DNA of 64,000 nt, from the NCBI GenBank assembly GCA_963785235.1, contig CAWAUM010000005.1, forward strand, positions 96,001 through 160,000, read 5' to 3'. Shown piece after piece: positions 1-9,184 of this stretch. Below the pieces are notes generated by a model. It worked only from the letters and a program-made list of their open reading frames with translations, was not told the DNA's origin and ran no database searches. This stretch comes from an uncultured delta proteobacterium (lineage in GTDB: Bacteria; Desulfobacterota; Desulfomonilia; UBA1062). Each line of letters opens with the position of its first letter. Position 1 is the first letter of the stretch. The position numbers and the translations under genes are program-made.

Positions 1-321
1 GTCCAGGTGGTTTTCAAGGGTTAACGGGTCCTTATCCGAATCAGCCAGCACCTTTCCTGTGGTGTCAATCACCGTCACCCGGAGATCGAGCTCACTTCCG
101 TACCGCTTTGCAAGGGTATTCAGGGCAGCCGTATTATTCCCTTTCAGAGGGGGTATTATCACCTGCTGCAGCGGTATGGCGATATTCTTCAGATTATCTT
201 CCGTGGTCTGCTCATAATGCGACTTGACGATCTCATAGGTGAATGTGAGGATAAGGATTGCCATGGCGATCATGATCACCAGGTATCCCATGAGCATCTT
301 GAAAAAGATGGATTTTCTCAT
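1..321 (-). CDS. Sensor histidine kinase, PhoR-like (N-terminal part; runs off the window)
   Basis: ATG at 319-321 overlaps the response regulator stop (ATGA). Reads MRKSIFFKMLMGYLVIMIAMAILILTF (TM helix) then ...RVTVIDTTGKVLADS, typical of PhoR-type N-termini. The kinase core lies outside the window. Confidence 0.75.
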   Translation of the reverse strand, partial: MRKSIFFKMLMGYLVIMIAMAILILTFTYEIVKSHYEQTTEDNLKNIAIPLQQVIIPPLKGNNTAALNTLAKRYGSELDLRVTVIDTTGKVLADSDKDPLTLENHLD

Positions 322-992
322 ACCTGAACCTTATACCCCACACCCCGGATATTTTTCACAAGTTCGCCTGAAGTGCCAAGTTTGTCCCTGAGGTTCTTGA
401 TATGGACATCCACGGTCCTGTCGATCACCGCCTTTTCGTTTCCCCACAGGTGGTCGAGTATGCGCTCTCTTGAAAAGACCTTTCCCGGGTTCTGTGCAAG
501 CAGGTGGAGGATCTTGAACTCAACAGGGGTAAGGTTCACGGGTTGCTGGTCAATAATAACCTCAAATCTTTCAGGGTCAATGGTTATCTCGCCAATGAAT
601 AATGTTCCATGCTTGGAGGTGGTGGTTCTCCTGAGAACGGCCTTGACGCGTGCAATGAGTTCCCGGGGTGAAAAAGGCTTTGTCAGGTAGTCGTCGGCGC
701 CAAGCTCGAGTCCCTTCACCTTGTCAGACTCCTGGCCCTTGGCAGTAAGCATGATGACAGGAATGGAGGAGTATCTTGAATCATTTTTCATCATTTTGCA
801 TAACTCGAATCCATCGAGATCAGGCAGCATGAGATCGAGGATGACAAGGTCAGGGATGCTTGCGGCAAGAAACTTAAGGAAGGAGGTTCCATTGAGAAAA
901 CTATCTACGGAAAAACCGGCTTTTTTAAGATGTATGCTCAGCAGGTGGATGATATCAGGTTCGTCATCTACAACAGCTATACGGTTACCCAT
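318..992 (-). CDS. phoB: OmpR/PhoB-family response regulator (PhoB-like)
   Basis: Receiver motifs VVDDE, LDLMLP, MLTAK, ADDYLTKPF; winged helix with DRTVDVHIKNLRDKL and RGVGY; pho-box-like repeats upstream. Confidence 0.8.
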   Translation of the reverse strand: MGNRIAVVDDEPDIIHLLSIHLKKAGFSVDSFLNGTSFLKFLAASIPDLVILDLMLPDLDGFELCKMMKNDSRYSSIPVIMLTAKGQESDKVKGLELGADDYLTKPFSPRELIARVKAVLRRTTTSKHGTLFIGEITIDPERFEVIIDQQPVNLTPVEFKILHLLAQNPGKVFSRERILDHLWGNEKAVIDRTVDVHIKNLRDKLGTSGELVKNIRGVGYKVQV

Positions 993-1031
993 AAACTATC
1001 ATCCTTCCTTCCATGACGATTTAAACTAATA

Positions 1032-1073
1032 ATGATAGAGCGCTATGTCAGATAATTGTTAAGAATCAATGAA
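1032..1073 (-). promoter_or_regulatory. Pho-box-like direct repeats (3 units, 11-bp period) plus -10 element
   Basis: Minus strand reads TTCAT-N6-TTAAC-N6-CTGAC (units at 1069-73, 1058-62, 1047-51), followed 9 nt later by TATCAT (1032-37). Confidence 0.55.
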
Positions 1074-1237
1074 GAGCGCATTTAAACCTCTATTATATCT
1101 CAGTTGGTTCTGTGCCTAAATGAGCATCAATATCCCTTTTATATCCTTTATTATAGGTTGAGACAATAGATCTGAACTGAATTTATACAGATTTAATCAC
1201 ATCCGGGTTTATTGCCCGCAGCTTGCTGCGGGGTGGT

Positions 1238-2710
1238 TCAAATTATGGAACTGAGCATTATAAAGTTTCTCTTTTTGTCTTCTTCCCAAATGCCTTTATA
1301 GAACCACTTCGGGAAGTTGAAGTACGAGGTGATGGACCGGGGAAGCAGGAGGGCGGCTTGCAGGAATGCCTCCAGGTCGGGGACGTTGTAGATATTGACA
1401 TCATAGCCCCAGTTCTGGAGCTGGGTGATAAGCCGCCTGCATTCGTTCGTGCTCCAGTTCACTGAGAACCGGTTGATGCCGCAGCGAGAGTACATAGAAA
1501 GGTACCTTCTGGCCTCGGTTGGAGATGACATGATCAGGTATGCCAGGGAGTCCACCGGGCACTGTTTGATTGAACCTGGGAAGGCGTCTAGTATTTTCTT
1601 GAATCCGCCAAGGTTCAGCCCGGTAAAGTTCCTGTTGATCCAGATCTGTTCATCGGTAAAGCCCAAATCTTTAAGTATAATGCTCACCCTCTCAAGAAGA
1701 CCGTCTTCCTTGATGTCGAGCTTTACCCCTTTGCCTGCATCCTTGAGAATGGACAGGAAGTATTCTAATTTGATTGGTTTCTCACCCGGGGCCTTTAACA
1801 CTTCAGAGAAGCTCTTTCTGCGGATAATAATTGAATCGTCATGAGGATATAATCGAACATGCATCTCCGCCCAGTTTACATTGGAGACAAGGAACTGGCG
1901 GAGTATGGATTCATCATCCACGCCGTGCCAGACAAACTCTATGTGTTTGGGTAACCCTTTTTTACTGATGAGCTCGGTGATGTCATACCTGCTTCCTGCA
2001 ACTGCACCAAGCGGGATATGGGCAGGTGCGGATTCGAAAATGGTGTCCGCATGCAGAAGGAGGATGTCGTGGGCAAGGTCGGTATCATTGATGGCCTTGA
2101 GGTTTGCCGGTTCATTATCGATCATGGCAACGATGCGGAAGCCCATGTCCTTGAAGGCCTGGAGACCTTCGACCTTTGATCCGGCAATATTGTTCCCGGG
2201 GTTCATGTGGAGCAGGTCAGATGAGAACTCAACTCGGTATTCAGCCCCAAGGGTATTGAGGACTTGAAGGGTTTCATGGCGCATATGTTCTGATCTTCCT
2301 GTGTTAAGACCGATGTAGGTACCGGGTTGAAGCTGGAACCACCTGATCACATCCAGGACCCCGTCGAAAGGGCGGTGTGATTGGAGTATGGCGTCAGGGG
2401 ACCAGAAGTTGAGAATGTACCATTCGATGATGTTCGTCTTGTCCGGCTCCGGTATTCCAAGATCATTCAAGAGATCCTCTATCTCGTTTTCGTGAATATG
2501 GATATCATCAGCGCCTAGAAACCTGAAATGCCTTGTCCTATGCTCTCTGTCATAGGCATGAAGGATCGAAACGATCATATACCGGGTATCGAGTATGGTT
2601 CCATCGATATCAAAAATGATCAGCAGCCTGTCTTCCGGGTAAGCATTGCGCATTGATTCATAGTGGAATGCTAGATCGCGCATCCAGCTTGTTGTTGTCT
2701 TTTTTTCCAT
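1238..2710 (-). CDS. HAD-family phosphatase fused to a FAM151/menorin (DUF2181)-like PLC/GDPD-type barrel domain
   Basis: N-terminal HAD motifs DIDGT, NTGR, K, IDNE. C-terminal WHGV...AEMHV...GKGVKLDIKE resembles FAM151 (W-x-H...IEADV...KGIKLDFK). No signal peptide. Confidence 0.7.
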   Translation of the reverse strand: MEKKTTTSWMRDLAFHYESMRNAYPEDRLLIIFDIDGTILDTRYMIVSILHAYDREHRTRHFRFLGADDIHIHENEIEDLLNDLGIPEPDKTNIIEWYILNFWSPDAILQSHRPFDGVLDVIRWFQLQPGTYIGLNTGRSEHMRHETLQVLNTLGAEYRVEFSSDLLHMNPGNNIAGSKVEGLQAFKDMGFRIVAMIDNEPANLKAINDTDLAHDILLLHADTIFESAPAHIPLGAVAGSRYDITELISKKGLPKHIEFVWHGVDDESILRQFLVSNVNWAEMHVRLYPHDDSIIIRRKSFSEVLKAPGEKPIKLEYFLSILKDAGKGVKLDIKEDGLLERVSIILKDLGFTDEQIWINRNFTGLNLGGFKKILDAFPGSIKQCPVDSLAYLIMSSPTEARRYLSMYSRCGINRFSVNWSTNECRRLITQLQNWGYDVNIYNVPDLEAFLQAALLLPRSITSYFNFPKWFYKGIWEEDKKRNFIMLSSII

Positions 2711-2975
2711 AATAACTCCTGTTCACGCTGTTCTTCTTGCTTAAAGAAGATCAGCAATCTAGTACTGCATGCTGGTCCTTGGATTCCTCAACCCTTGCTG
2801 TCTCCGGCTTCTTGTGAAAAGTTGAAAGATTCTTTCACACAGGGAATTGTAACCATAGATGTTCCTTGTACGGAAAATGAGGATTATCTTAGAGGCGTAA
2901 ATTGATACTGTACTCATTACACAAAGGTTGTTGGAATTCTCTTTCATCCTTTTTTCTCCATTTTATTTTGCCAGC

Positions 2976-3029
2976 ACTCTACGCCCTGATTATGAATTAC
3001 AGATGAACAAAGGATGAATTTATCGTTAA
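2976..3029 (-). promoter_or_regulatory. Pho-box-like direct repeats (4 units, 11-bp period) plus -10 element
   Basis: Plus strand ATGAA at 2992, 3003, 3014 and GTTAA at 3025, i.e. TTAAC/TTCAT/TTCAT/TTCAT on the minus strand; TAGAGT -10 at 2976-81, 10 nt downstream. Confidence 0.6.
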
Positions 3030-3104
3030 GTATCTCTTCATGAAAAATTAACAATTGTCTTGTATGTTGGCTTGAAAACTCTCATTTGCACTGGAGGTGC
3101 CTTC

Positions 3105-3545
3105 ATGGAAAAACCAAGAGTCCTCTTTCTCTGCACAGGGAACTCGGCCCGTAGCCAGATGGCAGAGGCATTCTTACATAAATACGCGTCGCATGCTTTT
3201 GAGGCTTACAGCGCCGGTCTCGAGCCCAAGGGCATACACCCTCTGACCGTTAAGGTGATGGAAGAAATTGGTATCGACATGAGCACACAGCGATCAAAGC
3301 CATTGAGTGAATACATGGGAAGGCTCCTGTTCGGATACCTTGTCACGGTGTGCGGCCATGCAGATGCTAACTGCCCGGCTGTTTTCCCCGGGGTAGGGCA
3401 GAGGCTTCACTGGGATTTCGAAGACCCCGCCGCCTTTGCGGGAACTGATGAAGAAAGGCTCATGAAATTCCGTCAGATCAGGGACCTCATACAGGACAGG
3501 GTCCTTGCATGGATCAGAGAACAGGGTGTTAAGCCCTCTGAGTGA
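3105..3545 (+). CDS. arsC: Arsenate reductase, thioredoxin-coupled (LMW-PTP fold)
   Basis: CTGNSARSQMAE P-loop, two further Cys (TVC...NCP), HWDFEDP; GGAGG RBS before ATG 3105. Confidence 0.85.
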   Translation: MEKPRVLFLCTGNSARSQMAEAFLHKYASHAFEAYSAGLEPKGIHPLTVKVMEEIGIDMSTQRSKPLSEYMGRLLFGYLVTVCGHADANCPAVFPGVGQRLHWDFEDPAAFAGTDEERLMKFRQIRDLIQDRVLAWIREQGVKPSE

Positions 3546-3586
3546 TAGTCTAACCCGGACCTCACAAGCGGTTTCTTCCTTGAGGC

Positions 3587-4210
3587 TTATCCTTTATCGA
3601 GTACCTTCCGTACGGTTTCAGCCAGTAAACTCATTCTGAAGGGCTTCAGGATATAATCACGTATACCGATGCCTAAAGCCTTTTCCTCTGTGAAGGACTT
3701 ATTGTATCCGGTGCACATGATAATCGGGATGTCGTTACGAAGCTCAAGGATTTTTTGTGCCAACTTATCTCCAGGCATGACAGGCATGGTAATATCGGTA
3801 ATCACCAGATCAAATTCATCAGGGGTTTCCTGAAACAACTTAAGGGCCTCTATACTGCTTGTTGTGGCAATCACCTTATATCCTAGTATACTCAACATCT
3901 CTTTTTCCATATTCGCGATTACCTGCTCATCATCGATGACAAGAATCCGCTCGGTTCCGGTGGGGAGAGGTCTCTTCACGGTGAATTCACTTACCTGTGG
4001 CGCGATATTCATATCCGGTAGATATTCATGATCGGTAAAATTCCGGGTTGCAGCACCCGTCAACGTATCATCCGGGCTGGCACACCATTTGACCCAGTGA
4101 CACTTTCTTTTTATACAGGATAGTGGGCGATCACCGAACTCATCTTTCTTATCCTGTGACCTCTCTACCTTTTCTCTTTTGCTTTGCTGATTTGAGCTTG
4201 TATTTATCAT
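3587..4210 (-). CDS. Stand-alone response regulator receiver protein with N-terminal extension
   Basis: ILVIDDE, VITDITMP, MCTG, LKPF; resembles the C-terminal REC domain of hybrid kinases; GGGGGA RBS before ATG. Confidence 0.75.
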   Translation of the reverse strand: MINTSSNQQSKREKVERSQDKKDEFGDRPLSCIKRKCHWVKWCASPDDTLTGAATRNFTDHEYLPDMNIAPQVSEFTVKRPLPTGTERILVIDDEQVIANMEKEMLSILGYKVIATTSSIEALKLFQETPDEFDLVITDITMPVMPGDKLAQKILELRNDIPIIMCTGYNKSFTEEKALGIGIRDYILKPFRMSLLAETVRKVLDKG

Positions 4211-4403
4211 GCAAGTTCCCCCCTTAAGGTATAGGGACTTCGACCAGTTTGTCCGCTCACCATCAGACGATATAACCTTGTTGATGACTTCTTTTGTTTG
4301 AAGTGCATCTCTGCATGAATCCCCACCCTTAAAAACGGTAGATTGTTTCTTAAGGAGAGTGATTCATAGTGATCCCTGTAATACCATTGCATGGTTTTAA
4401 GAG

Positions 4404-4419
4404 AGCAATAAATGGGCCA
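4404..4419 (-). promoter_or_regulatory. Candidate sigma-54 (-24/-12) promoter
   Basis: Minus strand TGGCCCATTTATTGCT has exact GG-N10-GC spacing and faces the REC gene. Confidence 0.55.
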
Positions 4420-4560
4420 GATTGATATCAGACTATATAATCAGTTAGATACAAGAAGTTTAAGGTTCTATGAGTTAACATTGTTGTACATGGGTCTGCA
4501 TTTTTTGTAACCACATCGACGTATGAGAAAAAGTGGTTGCATACCATAAGGGCCAGGTAT

Positions 4561-5526
4561 CTAAGCGGCAAAATGATCGTACCCCTTTTTTACACCCTGC
4601 CTGCTGCCATCCTTGAGGATAGAGATGCCGGCTTCTTTCGGCAGGATCTCGCCTACAATCGTGAAGTCGGAAAATTCCTTTTGCAGGGCAGGGATATTAC
4701 CCTTTGAAATCGTGAACACCAGCTCAAAGTCCTCACCGCCGTACAGGGCGTATTCATGGGGATCGCCGGATATCATCAGTGCAGCCTCCATGGTGTCCTT
4801 GGAAAGGGGTATCTTCTCCCAGTTGATGCACGCCCCGGTACCGCTCTCCTCGCAGATATGTGTTACCTCGCTTCCCAGCCCGTCGCTCACGTCGATCATG
4901 GCATGGGCGTAACGGGCAATGGCCTTGCCTTCCCATTCCTGCCGGCATTGCGGTTCCAGGTGCCCTTTCAGGTAGCCGTCTCTCCTGTCGTTCAGGAGGA
5001 GCTTGAGACCTGCCTGGCTCTTGCCCAGGGTGCCGGTTACGCATATGAGGTCGCCCGGGACGGCATGTGAACGCAGGCGTACAAGACCCTTATCCACATC
5101 ACCCACAAGCGCCAGGTTGATCACCAGGTCACGGCCGTGGGTGGTGTCGCCGCCCACAAGGGCAACACCGTGTTTCCCGGCGGAATCGTACAGGCCGCGA
5201 TAGAATTCATCCATGAACTCCACATCGGTTGCCTGTGTCAGTGACAGCGATATAAAGGCCCAGCGCGGTGTTCCACCCATGGCAATGATGTCCGACACAT
5301 TCGACTCCATGAGTTTTTTGCCCACCTGGTAGGGCGTGTGCCATGTAAGGGAGAAGTGGTCGTTTTCCACCATCATGTCGACCGTAACCAGGAGGTATTT
5401 GTCAGCAGTATATTCCAGCACCGCACAATCATCTCCCACACCCTTGATAATGGCCGGGTCATTATACGAAAGGCTTGTGAGGCGCCTGATCAATGCGAAC
5501 TCGCCGCCGATATCCGCTATCTTCAT
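4561..5526 (-). CDS. thiL: Thiamine-monophosphate kinase
   Basis: GEFALI, GVGDDCA, NVSDIIAMGG, GGDT, MIDVSDGL, GGEDFELVFT, GYDHF; ATGA overlap with thiC. Confidence 0.95.
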   Translation of the reverse strand: MKIADIGGEFALIRRLTSLSYNDPAIIKGVGDDCAVLEYTADKYLLVTVDMMVENDHFSLTWHTPYQVGKKLMESNVSDIIAMGGTPRWAFISLSLTQATDVEFMDEFYRGLYDSAGKHGVALVGGDTTHGRDLVINLALVGDVDKGLVRLRSHAVPGDLICVTGTLGKSQAGLKLLLNDRRDGYLKGHLEPQCRQEWEGKAIARYAHAMIDVSDGLGSEVTHICEESGTGACINWEKIPLSKDTMEAALMISGDPHEYALYGGEDFELVFTISKGNIPALQKEFSDFTIVGEILPKEAGISILKDGSRQGVKKGYDHFAA

Positions 5527-6794
5527 TTGTGGTAGTGCCCCCGGCATTCCTTGTTGATCTTGGCCGAGCAGAAATCGCCGCACATGGTGCAGACGTCTTC
5601 TCCTTCCTTGCCGGTCTCCTTCCTTATGGCGCGTGCCCTTTCCGGGTTCATAGAGATGTTGTACATGCTCTCCCAGTCCAGGTTGCTCCGTGCCCTTGAC
5701 ATGGCGTCGTCACGGTCGCGTGCGCCCGGTATACCGCGTGCGATATCCGCTGCATGTGCAGCGATCTTTGATGCAATCACCCCGTCGATGACATCCTGAA
5801 TGTCCGGGAGCCCCAGGTGCTCCTTGGGCGTGAGGTAGCACAGGAAGTCTGCGCCAAAGTAGGCTGCAAGTGCCCCGCCGATGGCGCCGGTGAGATGGTC
5901 ATACCCGGGCGAGCAGTCGGTCACCAGCGGGCCCAGAACATAGAAGGGTGCGCCGTTGCACAATTTTTTCTGCAGCTCGATGTTCTCTTTGATCATGTGG
6001 AGCGGCACGTGCCCCGGACCCTCGATCATGACCTGCACGCCCTTTGCCTGTGCCCGGGCAGCCAGCTCGCCCAGGGTCTTGAGCTCTGCGATCTGGGCCT
6101 TATCCGTGGCGTCGGCGAGACATCCGGGACGCAGACCGTCGCCGAGGCTGAGGACCACATCATGCTTCTTCGCCATATCAAGGATCTCGTCATAGCGGGT
6201 ATAGAGCGGGTTTTCCTTGTCATGATGGAGCATCCACTTGATGAGAAAGCTTCCCCCGCGTGATACTACGCCCATTATGCGTGATTTCAGCAGGGGAATG
6301 CACGTGTGCGTAATCCCGCAATGCACGGTAATGAAGTCCACACCGTCGGCGATATGCATCCGGATGGAATCCATGAAGTCATCTTCTGTAAGCAAGGCCA
6401 CATCAGGGCAGCGTACGATGGCCTCATATACGGGTACCGTGCCTATGGGCACCTTGGAGGAATTGATGATCATTGTGCGCATGGCATGGATATCACCGCC
6501 AGTGGAAAGGTCCATTACCGTATCTGCCCCGTACTTGACGGAAACAATGAGCTTCTCAAGTTCTTGAGACGGGTCGGCATTGAAGTTGGAAGTGCCGATA
6601 TTGGCGTTGATCTTAATCTTCAGGCCTTTGCCTATGGCAACGGGGACGCAGTCATGGAGCGCGCTCTTGAGGATCACGGTATTTCCGGCTGCAACATTAT
6701 CCCGGATTTCTTCTGCGCTTAACGGTTCATGCTCGGCCACTGAGCGCATCTCCTTGGAGACCTGTCCTTTTTTTGCATATTCAAGTTGTGTCAT
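5523..6794 (-). CDS. thiC: Phosphomethylpyrimidine synthase
   Basis: KINANIGTS, MDLSTGG, SRGGS, GDGLRPG, EGPGH, TPKEHL and C-terminal CTMCGDFC cluster; lies in a TPP-riboswitch operon. Confidence 0.93.
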   Translation of the reverse strand: MTQLEYAKKGQVSKEMRSVAEHEPLSAEEIRDNVAAGNTVILKSALHDCVPVAIGKGLKIKINANIGTSNFNADPSQELEKLIVSVKYGADTVMDLSTGGDIHAMRTMIINSSKVPIGTVPVYEAIVRCPDVALLTEDDFMDSIRMHIADGVDFITVHCGITHTCIPLLKSRIMGVVSRGGSFLIKWMLHHDKENPLYTRYDEILDMAKKHDVVLSLGDGLRPGCLADATDKAQIAELKTLGELAARAQAKGVQVMIEGPGHVPLHMIKENIELQKKLCNGAPFYVLGPLVTDCSPGYDHLTGAIGGALAAYFGADFLCYLTPKEHLGLPDIQDVIDGVIASKIAAHAADIARGIPGARDRDDAMSRARSNLDWESMYNISMNPERARAIRKETGKEGEDVCTMCGDFCSAKINKECRGHYHK

Positions 6795-7402
6795 AATCCG
6801 AACTCCTTTTGGAACTTTAGAATTTCTGCTCTCACATCCGGTTTGGCTACAACCGCGGATATGGCGCATGCCATATCCGCACCCGCCTCAATGACCAGTC
6901 CGATGTTCGAAAGGTCGATACCCCCGATGGCTACGATTGGCAAATCACAGGCATTCCGGATCGCCCTCAATCCTTCTACACCACATGGCTTCCCTGCGTC
7001 CAGTTTGGTGGCGGTAGTAAAGATGGGGCTCACCCCCAGGTAGTCTGCACCCAGGGCTTGGGCGGCTTTTGCCTCTTCAAGGGTATGCACGGTGACCCCG
7101 ATGATCTTGTCCATGCCCAGGAGCCTTCGGGCCACTTGATAAGGCATGTCTTCCTGACCGATGTGGACACCGTGGGCATCCACTGCCAGGGCAATGTCGA
7201 TACGGTCGTTGATGATGAGCCGGGTGGAGGTTCCCATGCAGATATTCTTTATGAGGAGGGCCTCGTCATACAGCGTTCGCGAAGCTGCTTCTTTGTTGCG
7301 GTACTGTATGATTCCCACATTGCAGGCAACCGCCTTTTCACAATCACTCTTCAACCCTGCGGTGCTTAAGCCGGTGTCGGTGATGAAGTAATAGCCCCTC
7401 AT
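6791..7402 (-). CDS. thiE: Thiamine-phosphate synthase
   Basis: YFITD, QYRNK, IINDRIDIA, GVHIGQED, TATK, AIGGI; ATG at 7400-7402. Confidence 0.93.
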   Translation of the reverse strand: MRGYYFITDTGLSTAGLKSDCEKAVACNVGIIQYRNKEAASRTLYDEALLIKNICMGTSTRLIINDRIDIALAVDAHGVHIGQEDMPYQVARRLLGMDKIIGVTVHTLEEAKAAQALGADYLGVSPIFTTATKLDAGKPCGVEGLRAIRNACDLPIVAIGGIDLSNIGLVIEAGADMACAISAVVAKPDVRAEILKFQKEFGL

Positions 7403-8192
7403 TGCCCGACCTTCTGCATGGAAACTATGGTCATCTTCTGTCAATGTAAAGCAATAATCCAGGAGGTACTGCTTGAACGAGGCAGGCCCGAGGGCTTTTT
7501 TTGCAGCCAGTTCAGCAGCGATCTCAAAACAGCAAAGACCTGCTGCGGCAGCCGATGTCATGTCGCCGGGCGTTGCACCCACAAAGGTGCCCATGACGGA
7601 AGCGGCCATGCACCCGGTGCCCACCACGTGGGACATCATGTCCACACCGTTGCGGACAATATATGCCCTGTGTGCATCTGCAACGATATCCTCCTTGCCG
7701 GTGATCACCACGGTGCATTGCCTCAATGCAGCAAGTCCTGAGGCAATCCCTTTCAGGTCAGACCCTACGTGCCCGGCATCAACGCCCCTGGTGCACACGT
7801 CCAAACCCGCGATCCGTGCGATCTCCGAGCTGTTCCCTTTAATGACGCTTATGTGCGTATGATCCAGCAGCTCAAGGCATTTTCTTGTCCCTGAACGGGG
7901 TCGCTCCGGCGCCGCATACATCCAGCACTACCGGGATATTGCGGCTGTTTGCCGCACATGCCGCAAGCTTCATGCTCTCCATGAAATCGGCGGTGAGTGT
8001 GCCGATGTTCAGCACCAGGGCTGATGCAATACCTGACATATCTGCGACCTCTTCGGCGGCATGTGCCATGACCGGAGAGGCCCCGAAGGATTTGACCACC
8101 TGTGCGCAGTCATAGATGGTGACCCAGTTTGTAAGATGATGCACCACAGGGCTCTTCCGGCGGACAGCTTCAAGAAAGGAATACACATCCAT
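7399..8192 (-). CDS. thiM: Hydroxyethylthiazole kinase (two apparent single-base frameshifts, ~7880 and ~7430)
   Basis: [29 protein letters not shown] in one frame; [13 protein letters not shown] in the next. Removing one A (~7880) and one C (~7430) gives a normal ThiM ending TGA over the thiE ATG. Confidence 0.88.
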
Positions 8193-8257
8193 AAGTCTAT
8201 ACCCCATAATGTATTATAATTTATGCGGGAAGGATATTAGGGAGACTGATTTCTCAT

Positions 8258-8338
8258 ATTGAGTTCCTACGCTGGCATTACCCAGATCAGGTTCAACGGG
8301 TATGATCTCAGGCCCCTTATGGAACCACCCCACACGGG
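8258..8338 (-). ncRNA. TPP (THI-box) riboswitch
   Basis: Minus strand GGGGTG...CTGAGA..TACCCGTTGAACCTGATCTGGGTAATGCCAGCGTAGGAA matches the THI consensus, upstream of thiM. Confidence 0.95.
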
Positions 8339-8511
8339 CAATACAATACTAGCATTCCGGGAATACCGTCAATAGGAACAACCTGGAGAGAGTTTATTTG
8401 CAGTTATTTCACACACTCATGCCGCATATCCATGGTAGAAAAGGGCATTCATACAATATCAATCATGAATGGAGGACAGTATCTTTGGAAAGCGGCAAGG
8501 GCATTGTACAG

Positions 8512-9166
8512 ATGATCCGGCGATTACGCGACCCCATGAGCGGCCTCACTCACTTTATCGGTGCCCTGCTTGCCGTGGCAGGTCTTGTGGCCCTCATCAT
8601 CAAGGCATCGATCCCGCTGAAGCCCTGGCATCTCACCTCTTACTGTGTCTTCGGTATAGGCATGATCCTCCTCTATACGGCCAGCACCCTCTATCACTGG
8701 CTGCCCCTTTCCCAAGAGGGGACGGACGAAGCTCAGGAAGTTCGACCATATGATGATCTTCGTGCTCATCGCAGCCACGTACACACCCATCTGCCTCGTC
8801 CCGCTCAGGGGTGCCTGGGGTTGGGGCATCTTCGGAACAGTCTGGGCCGTGGCCATCATGGGCATCGTATTCAAGCTCTTCTGGATACACGCCCCCAGGT
8901 GGCTTACATCACTCATTTACATATGCATGGGCTGGATCGCCGTGGTGGGCATTGTACCGCTGGTCCGTACCCTCCAGCCTGGGGCCCTTTTCTGGCTCTT
9001 TGCAGGCGGGGTGCTTTATACTATCGGCGGCATTATCTATGCCCTGAAGAGGCCTGACCCTATCCCCCATTTCTTCGGTTTCCATGAGGTATTCCATATC
9101 TTCGTGATGCTGGGGACCGCTGCGCACTTCTGGACCGTGTACCGGTACGTAAGTGCATTTGCATAG
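8512..9166 (+). CDS. Hemolysin III / PAQR-family membrane protein (frameshift ~8725)
   Basis: SGLTH, ASTLYH, then in the next frame KFDHMMIF, ATYTP, FGFHEVFHIFV. Confidence 0.88.
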
Positions 9167-9184
9167 CCTGTTACCAAGATATTT

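Noticed and set aside
2759-2947. 62-aa ORF between the pho-box repeats and the HAD fusion gene
   Set aside because: It has a possible RBS but no recognisable motif; cannot be supported as a gene from sequence alone.
4225-4270. c-di-GMP-I riboswitch in the leader of the receiver gene
   Set aside because: Only a fragmentary GGACAAAC...CGAA resemblance; the GNRA stem and second stem are missing.
5523-6794. ThiC paralog BzaA/B/F (benzimidazole synthesis)
   Set aside because: It sits between thiE and thiL under a TPP riboswitch, so ThiC is the simpler call.
6791-7921. Apparent ThiM-ThiE fusion (376-aa ORF)
   Set aside because: Deleting one C near 7430 ends ThiM at ...[13 protein letters not shown] overlapping the thiE ATG (ATGA), the same coupling as thiC/thiL. 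Most likely an indel artefact.
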